Assembly (NCBI RefSeq): GCF_004376175.1
Contig: NZ_SNUY01000073.1
Span: 1 to 18,650 of the forward strand
From: Halalkalibacterium halodurans
GTDB taxonomy: Bacteria; Bacillota; Bacilli; Bacillales; Bacillaceae_D
Length of the DNA: 18,650 bases
Direction of reading: 5' to 3'
A program made the translations under genes and the position numbers. A model generated the notes under the pieces. That model had not been told where the DNA came from, searched no databases, and saw only the letters and a program-made list of their open reading frames with translations. Shown here one piece after another: positions 1 through 8,124 of this stretch. Every line of letters begins with the position of its first letter. Position 1 is the first letter of the stretch.

Positions 1-219
1 TTCGGTTTTCTGAAGGCTAATTTGGGTTTCACTCGAATGTCCGTCAGAGGCAAAGATAAAGTGAAAAATGAATTGGGGTTTGCATTTATGGCCGTGAACT
101 TGAGAAAGTACACGGCCACGAACGGTGACATAGGGCCAGGAAATAAGAAAAACTCCACAAAAAAGGTTCCAAGCACTTATTATTTGCTTGGAACCTTTTT
201 ACTTACTATTTTTGGCTAG
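1..219 (+). mobile_element. 3' end of an insertion sequence: C-terminal fragment of an IS1182/IS5-like DDE transposase, truncated by the window edge
   Basis: Frame +1 is open from base 1: FGFLKANLGFTRMSVRGKDKVKNELGFAFMAVNLRKYTA... This fits, from memory, the conserved C-terminal block of IS1182/IS5-type transposases (G-x-x-K...G-F-x-R...R-G...K-V...E...N-L-R-K). It is convergent with minD. The exact IS boundary (somewhere between 130 and 260) and its inverted repeat cannot be determined from this window. Confidence 0.55.
160..200. terminator. Perfect 16-bp inverted repeat (bidirectional intrinsic-terminator-like hairpin) between the transposase tail and minD
   Basis: aaaaaggttccaagca (160-175), loop cttattatt (176-184), tgcttggaaccttttt (185-200). 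The GC core ggttccaagca/tgcttggaacc has an A-run on one side and a T-run on the other, so it gives a U-tail on either strand. It lies 62 nt downstream of the minD stop and inside the tail of the transposase ORF. Confidence 0.5.
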
Positions 220-261
220 TTTTGTCCCAGCCTCCCTCCGATTTCATATGTAGGGTCGTGT

Positions 262-1056
262 TTAACGAACCCCAAAAAATGATTTTATTTTCGCTAGGAC
301 GCCCTTTTCTTGCTCGAATGACATGAGCGGAACCGTTTCTCCTAAAATGCGTCGTGCAATATTTCGATAGGCAACTGAGGCCTTGCTATCAGGATGAAGC
401 GCAATCGGCTCTCCCTTGTTTGAAAATTTAATCACATTCTCATCGTCAACGACAATTCCTAATAGTTCGATGGCTAAGATGGAAACAATCTCGTCCACAT
501 CCAGCATCTCTCCGTTTTTCATCATATGGCCACGGATTCGATTGACGACGAGACGCGGTGCTTCAACCTCTTCCTTCTCGAGAAGGCCAATGATCCGATC
601 AGCATCACGGACTGAAGAAATTTCAGGAGTTGTAACGACAATCGCTTTATCCGCCCCCGCGACCGCATTTTTAAAGCCTTGTTCGATCCCAGCCGGACAA
701 TCGATCAAGACATAGTCATATTCTTGTTTAAGCTCCTCGACGATTTCCTTCATTTGTTCAGGGGTTACTGCAGACTTATCTTTCGTTTGCGCAGCAGGTA
801 ACAAATTCAAACATTCAAAGCGTTTATCTTTGATGAGCGCCTGCTTTAGCCGACAACGCCCTTCCACTACATCGACAAGGTCATAAATAATGCGATTTTC
901 TAAACCCATCACCACATCTAAATTACGCAAGCCAATGTCCGTGTCGACTAAACAAACTTTTTTTCCTGAAAGGGCAAGGGCGGTTCCTATATTTGCAGAC
1001 GTTGTCGTTTTACCAACTCCACCCTTACCGCTTGTAATAACGATTGCCTCTCCCAC
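262..1056 (-). CDS. minD: Septum site-determining ATPase MinD
   Basis: N-terminus MGEAIVITSGKGGVGKTTTSAN carries the deviant Walker A motif. The C-terminal amphipathic tail is LAKIKSFFGVR. GTG start with AAGGGG RBS 8 nt upstream. Follows minC as in B. subtilis. Confidence 0.97.
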   Translation of the reverse strand: MGEAIVITSGKGGVGKTTTSANIGTALALSGKKVCLVDTDIGLRNLDVVMGLENRIIYDLVDVVEGRCRLKQALIKDKRFECLNLLPAAQTKDKSAVTPEQMKEIVEELKQEYDYVLIDCPAGIEQGFKNAVAGADKAIVVTTPEISSVRDADRIIGLLEKEEVEAPRLVVNRIRGHMMKNGEMLDVDEIVSILAIELLGIVVDDENVIKFSNKGEPIALHPDSKASVAYRNIARRILGETVPLMSFEQEKGVLAKIKSFFGVR

Positions 1057-1078
1057 GCGTAATTCCCCTTTCTTTCCT

Positions 1079-1777
1079 CTATTGCTCTACCATTTCGTCC
1101 AAAAACGTTGCGAGATTTGGTCTTATCTTTAACAACTTCTGAACGCGATCTAGCTGAATTTCATTCGTATCCGATGCAATGTATGCACATTCCATGATCC
1201 GGTCGCCAGCTTGTTGCTCTTCCTTGGACCAATGAAAAATTTGTTCTCCAATCCGCAGTTGAGCAGGTGCCATGTGCGACGTTGCAATGACCGCCTCTCC
1301 GTTTCCTTTATAACCAGCATGAGCAATGCCACGCAAGGAGCCTATCACAAAAATATTTCCAGAAGCTCGAATCGTTCCTCCAGGGTTTACATCCCCAATT
1401 AGCAGCAAATCACCATCCACTGAAAACACTTGTCCAGAACGAATGACTTTTGCTACAGAAACGATTTGTGCTTCTTTCCTTTTTTCTTCAGCCTCTTCTT
1501 TTGTCATGACTTGGGACACAAACTCCTCAACGTCCAAGTTTCGTCCATCGGTAATCAATTCTTGAATATGTCGCTTCTGTTCTACAGTTAAATAGCGATA
1601 GCCAACATCTACTTTAACCTGTATTCTTGGTTGGTCTTCCATTTGATAATGTTTCGAAGACAGCTTTTCAGCTAGCTCCCCAACAATACTGTCGAACGAG
1701 CAGCGATCATCTAAATGAAAGGTAAGACCATCCTTCGTCCCTTTAATGGTTACAGCTTGTTTTTTTTGTGTTGTCAT
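1079..1777 (-). CDS. minC: Septum site-determining protein MinC
   Basis: 232 aa. The C-terminal beta-helix region (GDVNPGGTIRASGNIFVIGSLRGIAHAG) is typical of MinC. Located directly upstream of minD. GAGGTGA RBS. Confidence 0.95.
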   Translation of the reverse strand: MTTQKKQAVTIKGTKDGLTFHLDDRCSFDSIVGELAEKLSSKHYQMEDQPRIQVKVDVGYRYLTVEQKRHIQELITDGRNLDVEEFVSQVMTKEEAEEKRKEAQIVSVAKVIRSGQVFSVDGDLLLIGDVNPGGTIRASGNIFVIGSLRGIAHAGYKGNGEAVIATSHMAPAQLRIGEQIFHWSKEEQQAGDRIMECAYIASDTNEIQLDRVQKLLKIRPNLATFLDEMVEQ

Positions 1778-1898
1778 CGTCCATGTTCACCTCAGCGAAG
1801 CACAAGTACCTTCAGTGTTAGACGTTGATCCATCCACTTGAAAATACCGTGTTGTTTATCTAATTCCACACAGGTATTTCGTTTCCCTTTTTTCGTCC

Positions 1899-2423
1899 TT
1901 ATTTTTCTCGAAATCTCGCCATTTTCAAGACATATTGTAACAATTTTCGCATCGGAAGCACCATTAGTATGGCAAACGCCCCATTTAACGCCAGTGTTGG
2001 CAAAAGACGATGCTGAAAAAACATTGTATGGTCCATCTCTGTAAGGCCAATGATTTGCAAAAGACCGTATTGGTAGTACTCAAAAAGAAAAACGGCTAAA
2101 AACGCTAATGTGACTTGCGTGAGATTGCTATATTGTAGCCATTTATATGTTAGAGCAAAACCGTATCCTAACAAGGCGAATCCAAACATATAAACACCGA
2201 TTAAATCCGTATAGACAACATCAAATAGCAGTCCAAAGATCAACCCGTATAACGCACCACTCCACCGCCCTAAGTATATGCCGATAAATACAAGCATAAC
2301 GATGAGAAACCTAGGGACAATCATAATCTCACTTGCAAACCGCTCTGTGATGACTAGTTGAAACAATGTGCCTTCAAGAATAAAAATGAAAAACATCAGC
2401 CCTGGGAGGATGAAACGACTCAC
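1899..2423 (-). CDS. mreD: Rod shape-determining protein MreD
   Basis: 174-aa polytopic hydrophobic protein. GTG start overlaps the mreC stop (GTGA) and has a strong GAGGAGGGAGGA RBS. Position after mreC is conserved. Confidence 0.9.
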   Translation of the reverse strand: MSRFILPGLMFFIFILEGTLFQLVITERFASEIMIVPRFLIVMLVFIGIYLGRWSGALYGLIFGLLFDVVYTDLIGVYMFGFALLGYGFALTYKWLQYSNLTQVTLAFLAVFLFEYYQYGLLQIIGLTEMDHTMFFQHRLLPTLALNGAFAILMVLPMRKLLQYVLKMARFREK

Positions 2424-3301
2424 AGTCCTCCCTCCTCAATAAGTTCAGGGTCCATTGCTGTACTTAATCGTTCAATCACGATGACGTAATCGAGTGAGAG
2501 TAAATCGGCGTATGGCCTGATGTATGCATTTTGTGTTAATCCATACTCGTCCGGCTCTACCCGTTCCACTTCACCGATGATAATGCCACGTGGATAAACA
2601 GTCCCTAAACCAGAAGTTGACACAAGTTGTCCAGGTTCAATCTCTGCATCCATCTCTAGCTTTCTCATAACTAAAAGGCCCGTTTCATCATCATACCCCT
2701 CAATAAATCCAACAGGACCTGCTTTATCATCACCATCGATTCGTGCAGATACACGATTCGTTCGATCCGTATCTGTCAACAATTGTACTCGGGAAGAGAA
2801 CTCACTTACTCGTTGAATTTTTCCGATCAAATAACCATTGGATGAGACGACGGCCATGTCGTCTTCCACACCGTGCTGACTCCCTATGTTAATTCCGATC
2901 GCTTCATTCCAACGGTCAGGTGACCTGAAAGTAACGACCGCATTACGCATTCGATAGTCTGATAGACTTTCTTCTAAATCAAGAATTTCACGCAATGATT
3001 CATTTTCTTCTTTTAACACATTTCGCTCAACGGATATTTGCGCATATTCTTCAAGCCGTGCCTTCAACGTTTGGTTTTCCTCATAAAGGTGGCGGAGTTC
3101 AGAAACCTCCTCAAAGAAACCCGCGACTAAATGTGCGGGTCTCATAACGATCGACTGAACCCAACCAACGGAATCATGCAAAAAACGCTCTGCCCACGTC
3201 AATCGTTCCCGGTCACTCAATGAATAGCCAATCAAAGCCACCAAAACAATAATGCTTACGAGCAGTACAATTAGTTTTTTGTTTGAAAAAAATGATGGCA
3301 T
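2420..3301 (-). CDS. mreC: Rod shape-determining protein MreC
   Basis: N-terminal TM segment, coiled-coil region (ENQTLKARLEEY...LKEENESLREIL) and C-terminal beta domains. I prefer the ATG at 3301 (MPSFFSNKK...), preceded by AGGTG. The tracked ORF start at 3310 is a GTG inside that RBS. Confidence 0.92.
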   Translation of the reverse strand: MPSFFSNKKLIVLLVSIIVLVALIGYSLSDRERLTWAERFLHDSVGWVQSIVMRPAHLVAGFFEEVSELRHLYEENQTLKARLEEYAQISVERNVLKEENESLREILDLEESLSDYRMRNAVVTFRSPDRWNEAIGINIGSQHGVEDDMAVVSSNGYLIGKIQRVSEFSSRVQLLTDTDRTNRVSARIDGDDKAGPVGFIEGYDDETGLLVMRKLEMDAEIEPGQLVSTSGLGTVYPRGIIIGEVERVEPDEYGLTQNAYIRPYADLLSLDYVIVIERLSTAMDPELIEEGGL

Positions 3302-3314
3302 CCCAAGCACCTAC

Positions 3315-4355
3315 TCACGATTTTCGGTCAGCGCTTGATGTAATCCCAGCCTTGGACCGAAATAAATGCAAGTTTTCCAATGCTCGCCCTGTGCCAATCG
3401 CTACACAATCAAGCGGTTCTTCGGCAACGATGACTGGCATGTTTGTTTCGTCACTCAACACTTTATCTAAGTTTCGTAACAAAGCACCACCACCTGTTAA
3501 CACAATGCCACGATCCATAATATCTGCAGCAAGTTCTGGCGGTGACTGTTCAAGAGTATTTTTTACAGCTTCAATGATGGTTTGAACGGTGTCCGATAGA
3601 GCCTTGGATATTTCTTCAGCCGTGACTTCAATCGTTTTCGGTAATCCTGTTAATAAATCCCGACCGCGAATATCCATATTGTCTACCCCTTCAGGTGAAC
3701 CTGCCGAACCAATCTCAAGCTTTAATGCTTCTGCTGTCCGTTCCCCAATCATTAAATTATACGTTTTCTTAATGTATTGGATAATCGCCTCATCCATTTC
3801 ATCTCCAGCTACACGGATGGACTGGCTCGTGACAATGCCACCCAAAGAGATAATGGCTACTTCTGTTGTTCCACCACCAATATCAACGACCATGCTACCT
3901 GTCGGCTCCCATACTGGCAAATCAGCTCCGATTGCAGCCGCAAATGGCTCTTCTAGCGTATATGCGTACTTTGCCCCAGCCTGTTTTGTCGCATCTTCCA
4001 CCGCTCTCTTTTCGACTGCTGTAATTCCCGATGGTACGCAAACCATGACTGCAGGCTTTCTCGTGAAAATTGAACGATTTTTTTGCGCTTGACGAATGAA
4101 GTATTTTAGCATAGTGGCTGTCGTTTCGAAGTCTGCGATAACCCCGTCCTTCATTGGACGTGTAGCGACAATATTACCCGGCGTACGACCGATCATGTTT
4201 TTAGCATCGTTTCCGACCGCTTCGATCGTCCCAGTATCCGTACGTTTAGCCACGACAGAAGGCTCACGTAATACAATCCCTTTTCCTTTGACATATACAA
4301 GTGTATTTGCTGTACCTAAATCAATTCCAATATCTTTTGAAAACCCACCGAACAT
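3315..4355 (-). CDS. mreB: Actin-like rod shape-determining protein MreB
   Basis: [36 protein letters not shown]... plus the [10 protein letters not shown] phosphate-binding motifs. GAAGGGAGA RBS. Confidence 0.97.
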   Translation of the reverse strand: MFGGFSKDIGIDLGTANTLVYVKGKGIVLREPSVVAKRTDTGTIEAVGNDAKNMIGRTPGNIVATRPMKDGVIADFETTATMLKYFIRQAQKNRSIFTRKPAVMVCVPSGITAVEKRAVEDATKQAGAKYAYTLEEPFAAAIGADLPVWEPTGSMVVDIGGGTTEVAIISLGGIVTSQSIRVAGDEMDEAIIQYIKKTYNLMIGERTAEALKLEIGSAGSPEGVDNMDIRGRDLLTGLPKTIEVTAEEISKALSDTVQTIIEAVKNTLEQSPPELAADIMDRGIVLTGGGALLRNLDKVLSDETNMPVIVAEEPLDCVAIGTGRALENLHLFRSKAGITSSADRKS

Positions 4356-4396
4356 CTATGTATCTCCCTTCATGAATAACCGAAGTCATAACAAAT

Positions 4397-4402
4397 ATTA
4401 TA
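4397..4402 (-). promoter_or_regulatory. Candidate -10 box (TATAAT) upstream of mreB
   Basis: The minus strand reads tttcgaTATAATatttg, about 40 nt upstream of the mreB ATG. No convincing -35 (TATGTT at 17 nt). Confidence 0.3.
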
Positions 4403-4491
4403 TCGAAATTTCCTCTAAAAACATAGCCTTTCATTTCCCTTTGATCATTTTACATTTTTATTGCGATTTTATACAGACCTTTCGCTGATTT

Positions 4492-5190
4492 TTATGAAAA
4501 TGGTAAATGTCCTTTTTCCTTTAAGCTAACGAATGTTCGATCACCAATGATCACATGATCTAGCAGTTCAATCCCGATCAATTTTCCCACCTGTGCTAAT
4601 CGGTGTGTCACTTCAATATCTTCTCGGCTTGGAGTTGGGTCTCCGGATGGATGATTATGGAGGCAGATGAGTGAAGCGGCTGACCTTCGTAACGCTTCCT
4701 TGAACACTTCACGGGGGTGGACGATGCTAGCGTTTAAACTCCCGATGAATACGGTTTGCTTATGAAGAACTTGGTTTTTCGTATTTAAATACAGACAAAC
4801 AAAATTCTCTTGGCTGAGAAAACGCATTTCTTCCATAACAAAGCGCGACACGTCTTCTGGAGTGCGAATCACATACCGATCCATCTCCTGCATCGTATGA
4901 ATTCTTCGGCCTAGTTCAATCGCGGCACAAAATTCTATCGCCTTTGCTTCACCGATACCATGAATGCTCGTCAACTCCTCTACCGTCGCTTCTCTCAACA
5001 ACCGCAGACCGTCGAAATGACATAAAACATGTTGTGCAAGCTGTAGCACAGATTCGTTCTTTGTACCTGTCCGAAGCATAATCGCTATTATTTCTTGATT
5101 AGAAAGCGCGTGAGCACCTTCATGCAGCAACCTCTCCCGTGGTCGTTCCCTGTTTGGAACATCACGAAGCGTCATAGACATATTCGACAA
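4492..5190 (-). CDS. radC: RadC-family JAMM-motif protein (YsxA/RadC)
   Basis: N-terminal helix-hairpin-helix region (ELTSIHGIGEAKA) and the JAMM-type motif HNHPSGDPTPS. TTG start 9 nt after an AAAGGAG RBS. Sits between maf and mreB as in B. subtilis. Confidence 0.9.
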   Translation of the reverse strand: MSNMSMTLRDVPNRERPRERLLHEGAHALSNQEIIAIMLRTGTKNESVLQLAQHVLCHFDGLRLLREATVEELTSIHGIGEAKAIEFCAAIELGRRIHTMQEMDRYVIRTPEDVSRFVMEEMRFLSQENFVCLYLNTKNQVLHKQTVFIGSLNASIVHPREVFKEALRRSAASLICLHNHPSGDPTPSREDIEVTHRLAQVGKLIGIELLDHVIIGDRTFVSLKEKGHLPFS

Positions 5191-5297
5191 AAGGGAGTAC
5201 TCCTTTCTTAAAAAGTGTTCGAAAAATCACAAAATCTTATACTTATTACTTTTCTAGAAAAAAGGAAATGAAGGAGCCAAACCTAACAAAGCAGTTG

Positions 5298-5870
5298 CTA
5301 AAATCGTGTGGAAAATCCATGGACCTTTAGAGCACGTACTGTTCTCGAAAGGGGTAACCCGACAACGTTATAATAATCCCCCTTAAGTTCCTTCACTAAA
5401 TAGGCACCTAAACCTTGGATACCATAAGCTCCTGCCTTATCAAACGGTTCACCTGTTTGCAGATATGTTTCAATTTCAGTGACCGTAAGCGGCCAGAATC
5501 GGACTTCGGTTGTTTCCACAAACGTTTCGACTTGCCCCTGATGCAAGAGCGCCACTCCTGTTAACACTTCGTGGGATTGATCCGATAGTTGGGATAACAT
5601 CTGTCTAGCTTCTTGCTCTGTTGCTGGTTTCCCAAGAATACGTCCTTGAAAGACAACGATTGTATCTGCGGCGAGGATGAAAGAGTCCTCGTGTTTTTTT
5701 GCTACGTCTTGTGCCTTTTGTCTTGCTAGTTGCTGTACAACCTCATCTGGTGGGAACGTTGGATCAAAAGTTTCATCAATTGTACTTTTACATACTGTGA
5801 AAGGGACGTTCATTTGTTCTAGAAGCTGCTTTCTGCGTGGGGAACCTGAAGCTAAAATAAGTGGTTTCAT
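5298..5870 (-). CDS. maf: Maf nucleoside-triphosphate pyrophosphatase / septum formation inhibitor
   Basis: MKPLILASGSPRRKQLLEQ... is the Maf signature. ATG at 5870 lies 8 nt after an AAGAGGTG RBS. The tracked ORF start at 5903 is an unsupported N-terminal extension. Confidence 0.92.
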   Translation of the reverse strand: MKPLILASGSPRRKQLLEQMNVPFTVCKSTIDETFDPTFPPDEVVQQLARQKAQDVAKKHEDSFILAADTIVVFQGRILGKPATEQEARQMLSQLSDQSHEVLTGVALLHQGQVETFVETTEVRFWPLTVTEIETYLQTGEPFDKAGAYGIQGLGAYLVKELKGDYYNVVGLPLSRTVRALKVHGFSTRF

Positions 5871-5927
5871 GAAGGGAGCACCTCTTTCAATAAAGATTAA
5901 CATCTCTATTGTACAAGGTATGAGACC

Positions 5928-5956
5928 ATCATACCAAATTTTTCAACAAACAACAA
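5928..5956 (-). promoter_or_regulatory. Candidate sigma-A promoter for the maf-radC-mreBCD-minCD cluster
   Basis: Minus strand: TTGTTG (5956-5951), 17 nt, TATGAT (5933-5928), with a TG at -15/-14 (tTGgTATGAT, extended -10). It sits between the spoIIB terminator and maf. Confidence 0.35.
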
Positions 5957-6038
5957 TCAAAAGGAAGCTCCAACCCATGTGAGTTTTTTCCCGATTCAAG
6001 AGTATAAATTGGAATTAGAATGGGCTTATACTAATCAC

Positions 6039-6080
6039 AAAAAAAGCGAGACCTCGCCATTTAAGAACGGGAGGTCTCGC
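6039..6080 (-). terminator. Intrinsic terminator of spoIIB
   Basis: gcgagacctc (6046-6055) pairs with gaggtctcgc (6071-6080) across a 15-nt loop that contains the spoIIB stop codon. The plus-strand A-run at 6039-6045 gives a U-tail on the minus-strand transcript. Confidence 0.7.
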
Positions 6081-7119
6081 GCGAAAACAGTTGATACTGT
6101 ACAAGGGCATCTAGGAGCTCCTGTTGCGTTTTCCAAAGGGCGTTTCCATCTTGTGTTGAGACATACGATGCTAGGTGATTTCCGGCTTGGATTAAATGTT
6201 CATTGATTACTTGAAGATGGGAAGCTGTCGATTCATCAAGTTCCTGAAAGGCGGTTTTCTGCTGTCCGTGAAGCCTTTCTACCTCTTTTCGTATTCCTTC
6301 AACAGACTCTTTTGTGATCGTTGCTCCTCCTGCTGTTAATCCATCCACCGAGAGACTGACTAACTGCTGATAACTTGACTCCATGTCATGAAGCCATTGA
6401 ATGGTTTCCTCGTTTAACCTTTTGCTATCGGAAGTTGGTGCTGCAAATGATTTAATGTACGTATCTTGATCTAATTCTGAATAAGCTTGAGCCACATCCT
6501 GTGCTTTTGCCCGATCTTGCGCTAAGCCAATAAACATGTAAACTGAATCATCACTTTCTACTAGAGCAGCTGCCCTTCCCTTCTCTTGTAGGCTTGCGAT
6601 GACCGCTTCTCCAGCCTCAATTGAAGTAAAAGCACCACCTTGGACAACCTCAACCGCTAACTCGGGAAAAGAAGCATCCCCTTGTGAAACAGCTGGAACC
6701 GTCTCCTGCACTTCACCAGATGCCACAGGTAATTCATCAGCTGTAAAGATGGTCAGTACAATGAACCCTAAGCTTGTCCCGACGATTAAAGCTGATACGA
6801 GTGCCATAATGAGAATAACCGGCACTTTTTTCACTTTTAGTGCGAATCTCTCATTTGTTCCGTACGGCTTTTTTTTCTTACGTTTGTAAGGGATTTTTGG
6901 ACTCTTCTTCCGGTTCCCGTCATCCCAAAATGGTTCTTCATTCCGAATACGATCTTCATACCTTTTATGAAAATCGATCACTTTATCTGCATCTTCTCTA
7001 GGCTTTCGGCTTCTGTCATTTTTTTTTGCAGCTGAGGTTGGGTTGTTCTCAACTAATTCTTGAAATGGTTGGCGCTTTCCATTCAGACGAATCGAGACTT
7101 TTGCCTTATTTTGATCCAT
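6061..7119 (-). CDS. spoIIB: Stage II sporulation protein B-like: basic N-terminus, one TM segment, SPOR-like domain
   Basis: Syntenic position between comC and maf. Start resembles SpoIIB (MDQNKAKVSIRLNGKRQPF). Lys/Arg-rich stretch KRKKKKPYG, one TM (VPVILIMALVSALIVGTSLGFIVLTIF), and a SPOR-like segment (VVQGGAFTSIEAGEAVIASLQEKGRAAALVESDDSVYMFIGLAQDRAKAQ). Confidence 0.78.
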   Translation of the reverse strand: MDQNKAKVSIRLNGKRQPFQELVENNPTSAAKKNDRSRKPREDADKVIDFHKRYEDRIRNEEPFWDDGNRKKSPKIPYKRKKKKPYGTNERFALKVKKVPVILIMALVSALIVGTSLGFIVLTIFTADELPVASGEVQETVPAVSQGDASFPELAVEVVQGGAFTSIEAGEAVIASLQEKGRAAALVESDDSVYMFIGLAQDRAKAQDVAQAYSELDQDTYIKSFAAPTSDSKRLNEETIQWLHDMESSYQQLVSLSVDGLTAGGATITKESVEGIRKEVERLHGQQKTAFQELDESTASHLQVINEHLIQAGNHLASYVSTQDGNALWKTQQELLDALVQYQLFSRETSRS

Positions 7120-7238
7120 ATTCTCAACACCCTCTCTAGCAATTCCACCTTTCCCTAAAGTCTATTAAACGAATGAATTTCATAGAACCATTTAAGCAAA
7201 AAACGATTACTTTTCATTGGACACTACTTTTTTAGGTT

Positions 7239-7985
7239 TTAAAGCCAACGTACGTACCATTGAATAAGAGCATCTCCATACAAATAAGCAGTGAGGCTAC
7301 CTAAGATGATAAATGGACCAAATGGAATGGGCTCTCGTCTTTTAATTCTTCCCAGCATCATCCCAACACCGCCTCCAATCGCGCCAAAAAGGCTGGATAG
7401 CATTATCGCTACTAGTGTAAGTTTCCACCCTAATACGAATCCGAGGACAGTAAAAAGCTTCACATCTCCTCCACCGATTCCGTTAGGATAGATCAAATAG
7501 ACGATGAACAATAAGATGTATCCTACAACGGCTCCTGCCCAAGCATCCCACCACGGGTTTAGTGGAGCGAGCGTTGCGCGAAAAAGAACAAATAAGATAG
7601 CAAAGAAGAGAATGATGCGGTCTGGAATGATCATGTAAACAAGGTCACTAACAAAGATGATCGAAAAGAGAGAGACGAGCGCGAGAGCTACAAGTAATTC
7701 CATATTCCAGCCAAAGACAAGAAGCATTATGGAAAAACCGGACCCTACAGCTAACTCGACGAATGGGTAAAGGGGAGATATTTTTTGACGACAGTTTCGG
7801 CATCGGCCTCTTTGCCAAACATAGGAAAGGACAGGGATTAACTCAATCGTGGCAAGTGTCCTTTTACAGTATGGGCAATGGGAGCGAGGAGCCACGATTG
7901 ATTGTCCTTTCGGCACACGCAAACCGATCACATTAAAAAACGAACCAAGTACCATACCGAGCACGAAGAGTAGGAGAAACGACAT
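7239..7985 (-). CDS. comC: Type IV prepilin peptidase / N-methyltransferase ComC (PilD family)
   Basis: Two CxxC pairs (CPYCKRT...CRNCRQ) and catalytic Asp contexts (IIPDR, GGGDVKL). Starting at the ATG at 7985 (MSFLLLFVLG...) gives 248 aa and aligns with the B. subtilis ComC N-terminus. A TTG at 8003 behind a GAGG is an alternative. The GTG at 8018 is unsupported. Confidence 0.9.
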   Translation of the reverse strand: MSFLLLFVLGMVLGSFFNVIGLRVPKGQSIVAPRSHCPYCKRTLATIELIPVLSYVWQRGRCRNCRQKISPLYPFVELAVGSGFSIMLLVFGWNMELLVALALVSLFSIIFVSDLVYMIIPDRIILFFAILFVLFRATLAPLNPWWDAWAGAVVGYILLFIVYLIYPNGIGGGDVKLFTVLGFVLGWKLTLVAIMLSSLFGAIGGGVGMMLGRIKRREPIPFGPFIILGSLTAYLYGDALIQWYVRWL

Positions 7986-8124
7986 CACATCAATCTGATG
8001 CAAATGGCAAAACCTCACAAATAATATTGTTTTCGGAAGTGGTGGAAATCTCCCACTTTAAGTATAAAGGATAGGATGAAAATGTCTATTCCTTTTCATC
8101 ATTTTCACAAGATAGGATCTCTTC

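Noticed and set aside
416-4488. Plus-strand ORFs antisense to minD, minC, mreD, mreC and mreB (416..715, 890..1132, 1211..1402, 1326..1565, 1838..2044, 3283..3585, 3589..4092, 4096..4488), and 1150..1332 on the - strand in another frame
   Set aside because: These are shadow ORFs fully embedded in well-supported conserved genes. They have no SD sequences and Ser/Thr/Pro/Ile-rich composition typical of antisense frames.
5190-5215. 10-nt perfect palindrome GGAGTACTCC overlapping the radC RBS
   Set aside because: It is short and could arise by chance around an SD sequence. There is no supporting context for a regulatory role.
5677-7491. ORFs 5677..5982 +, 5979..6206 +, 6599..6889 + and 7291..7491 +
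   Set aside because: They are antisense to maf, spoIIB and comC, or they span the spoIIB terminator hairpin and the maf promoter region. None has an RBS, and none has a recognisable domain.
8019-8124. ComK-box-like AAAA-N5-TTAT motif and a TTTCCA-16-TATTAT promoter-like pair upstream of comC
   Set aside because: Only one degenerate AT-box half is present, not the paired boxes a ComK site requires. The promoter hexamers are weak. This is not enough to report as a feature.
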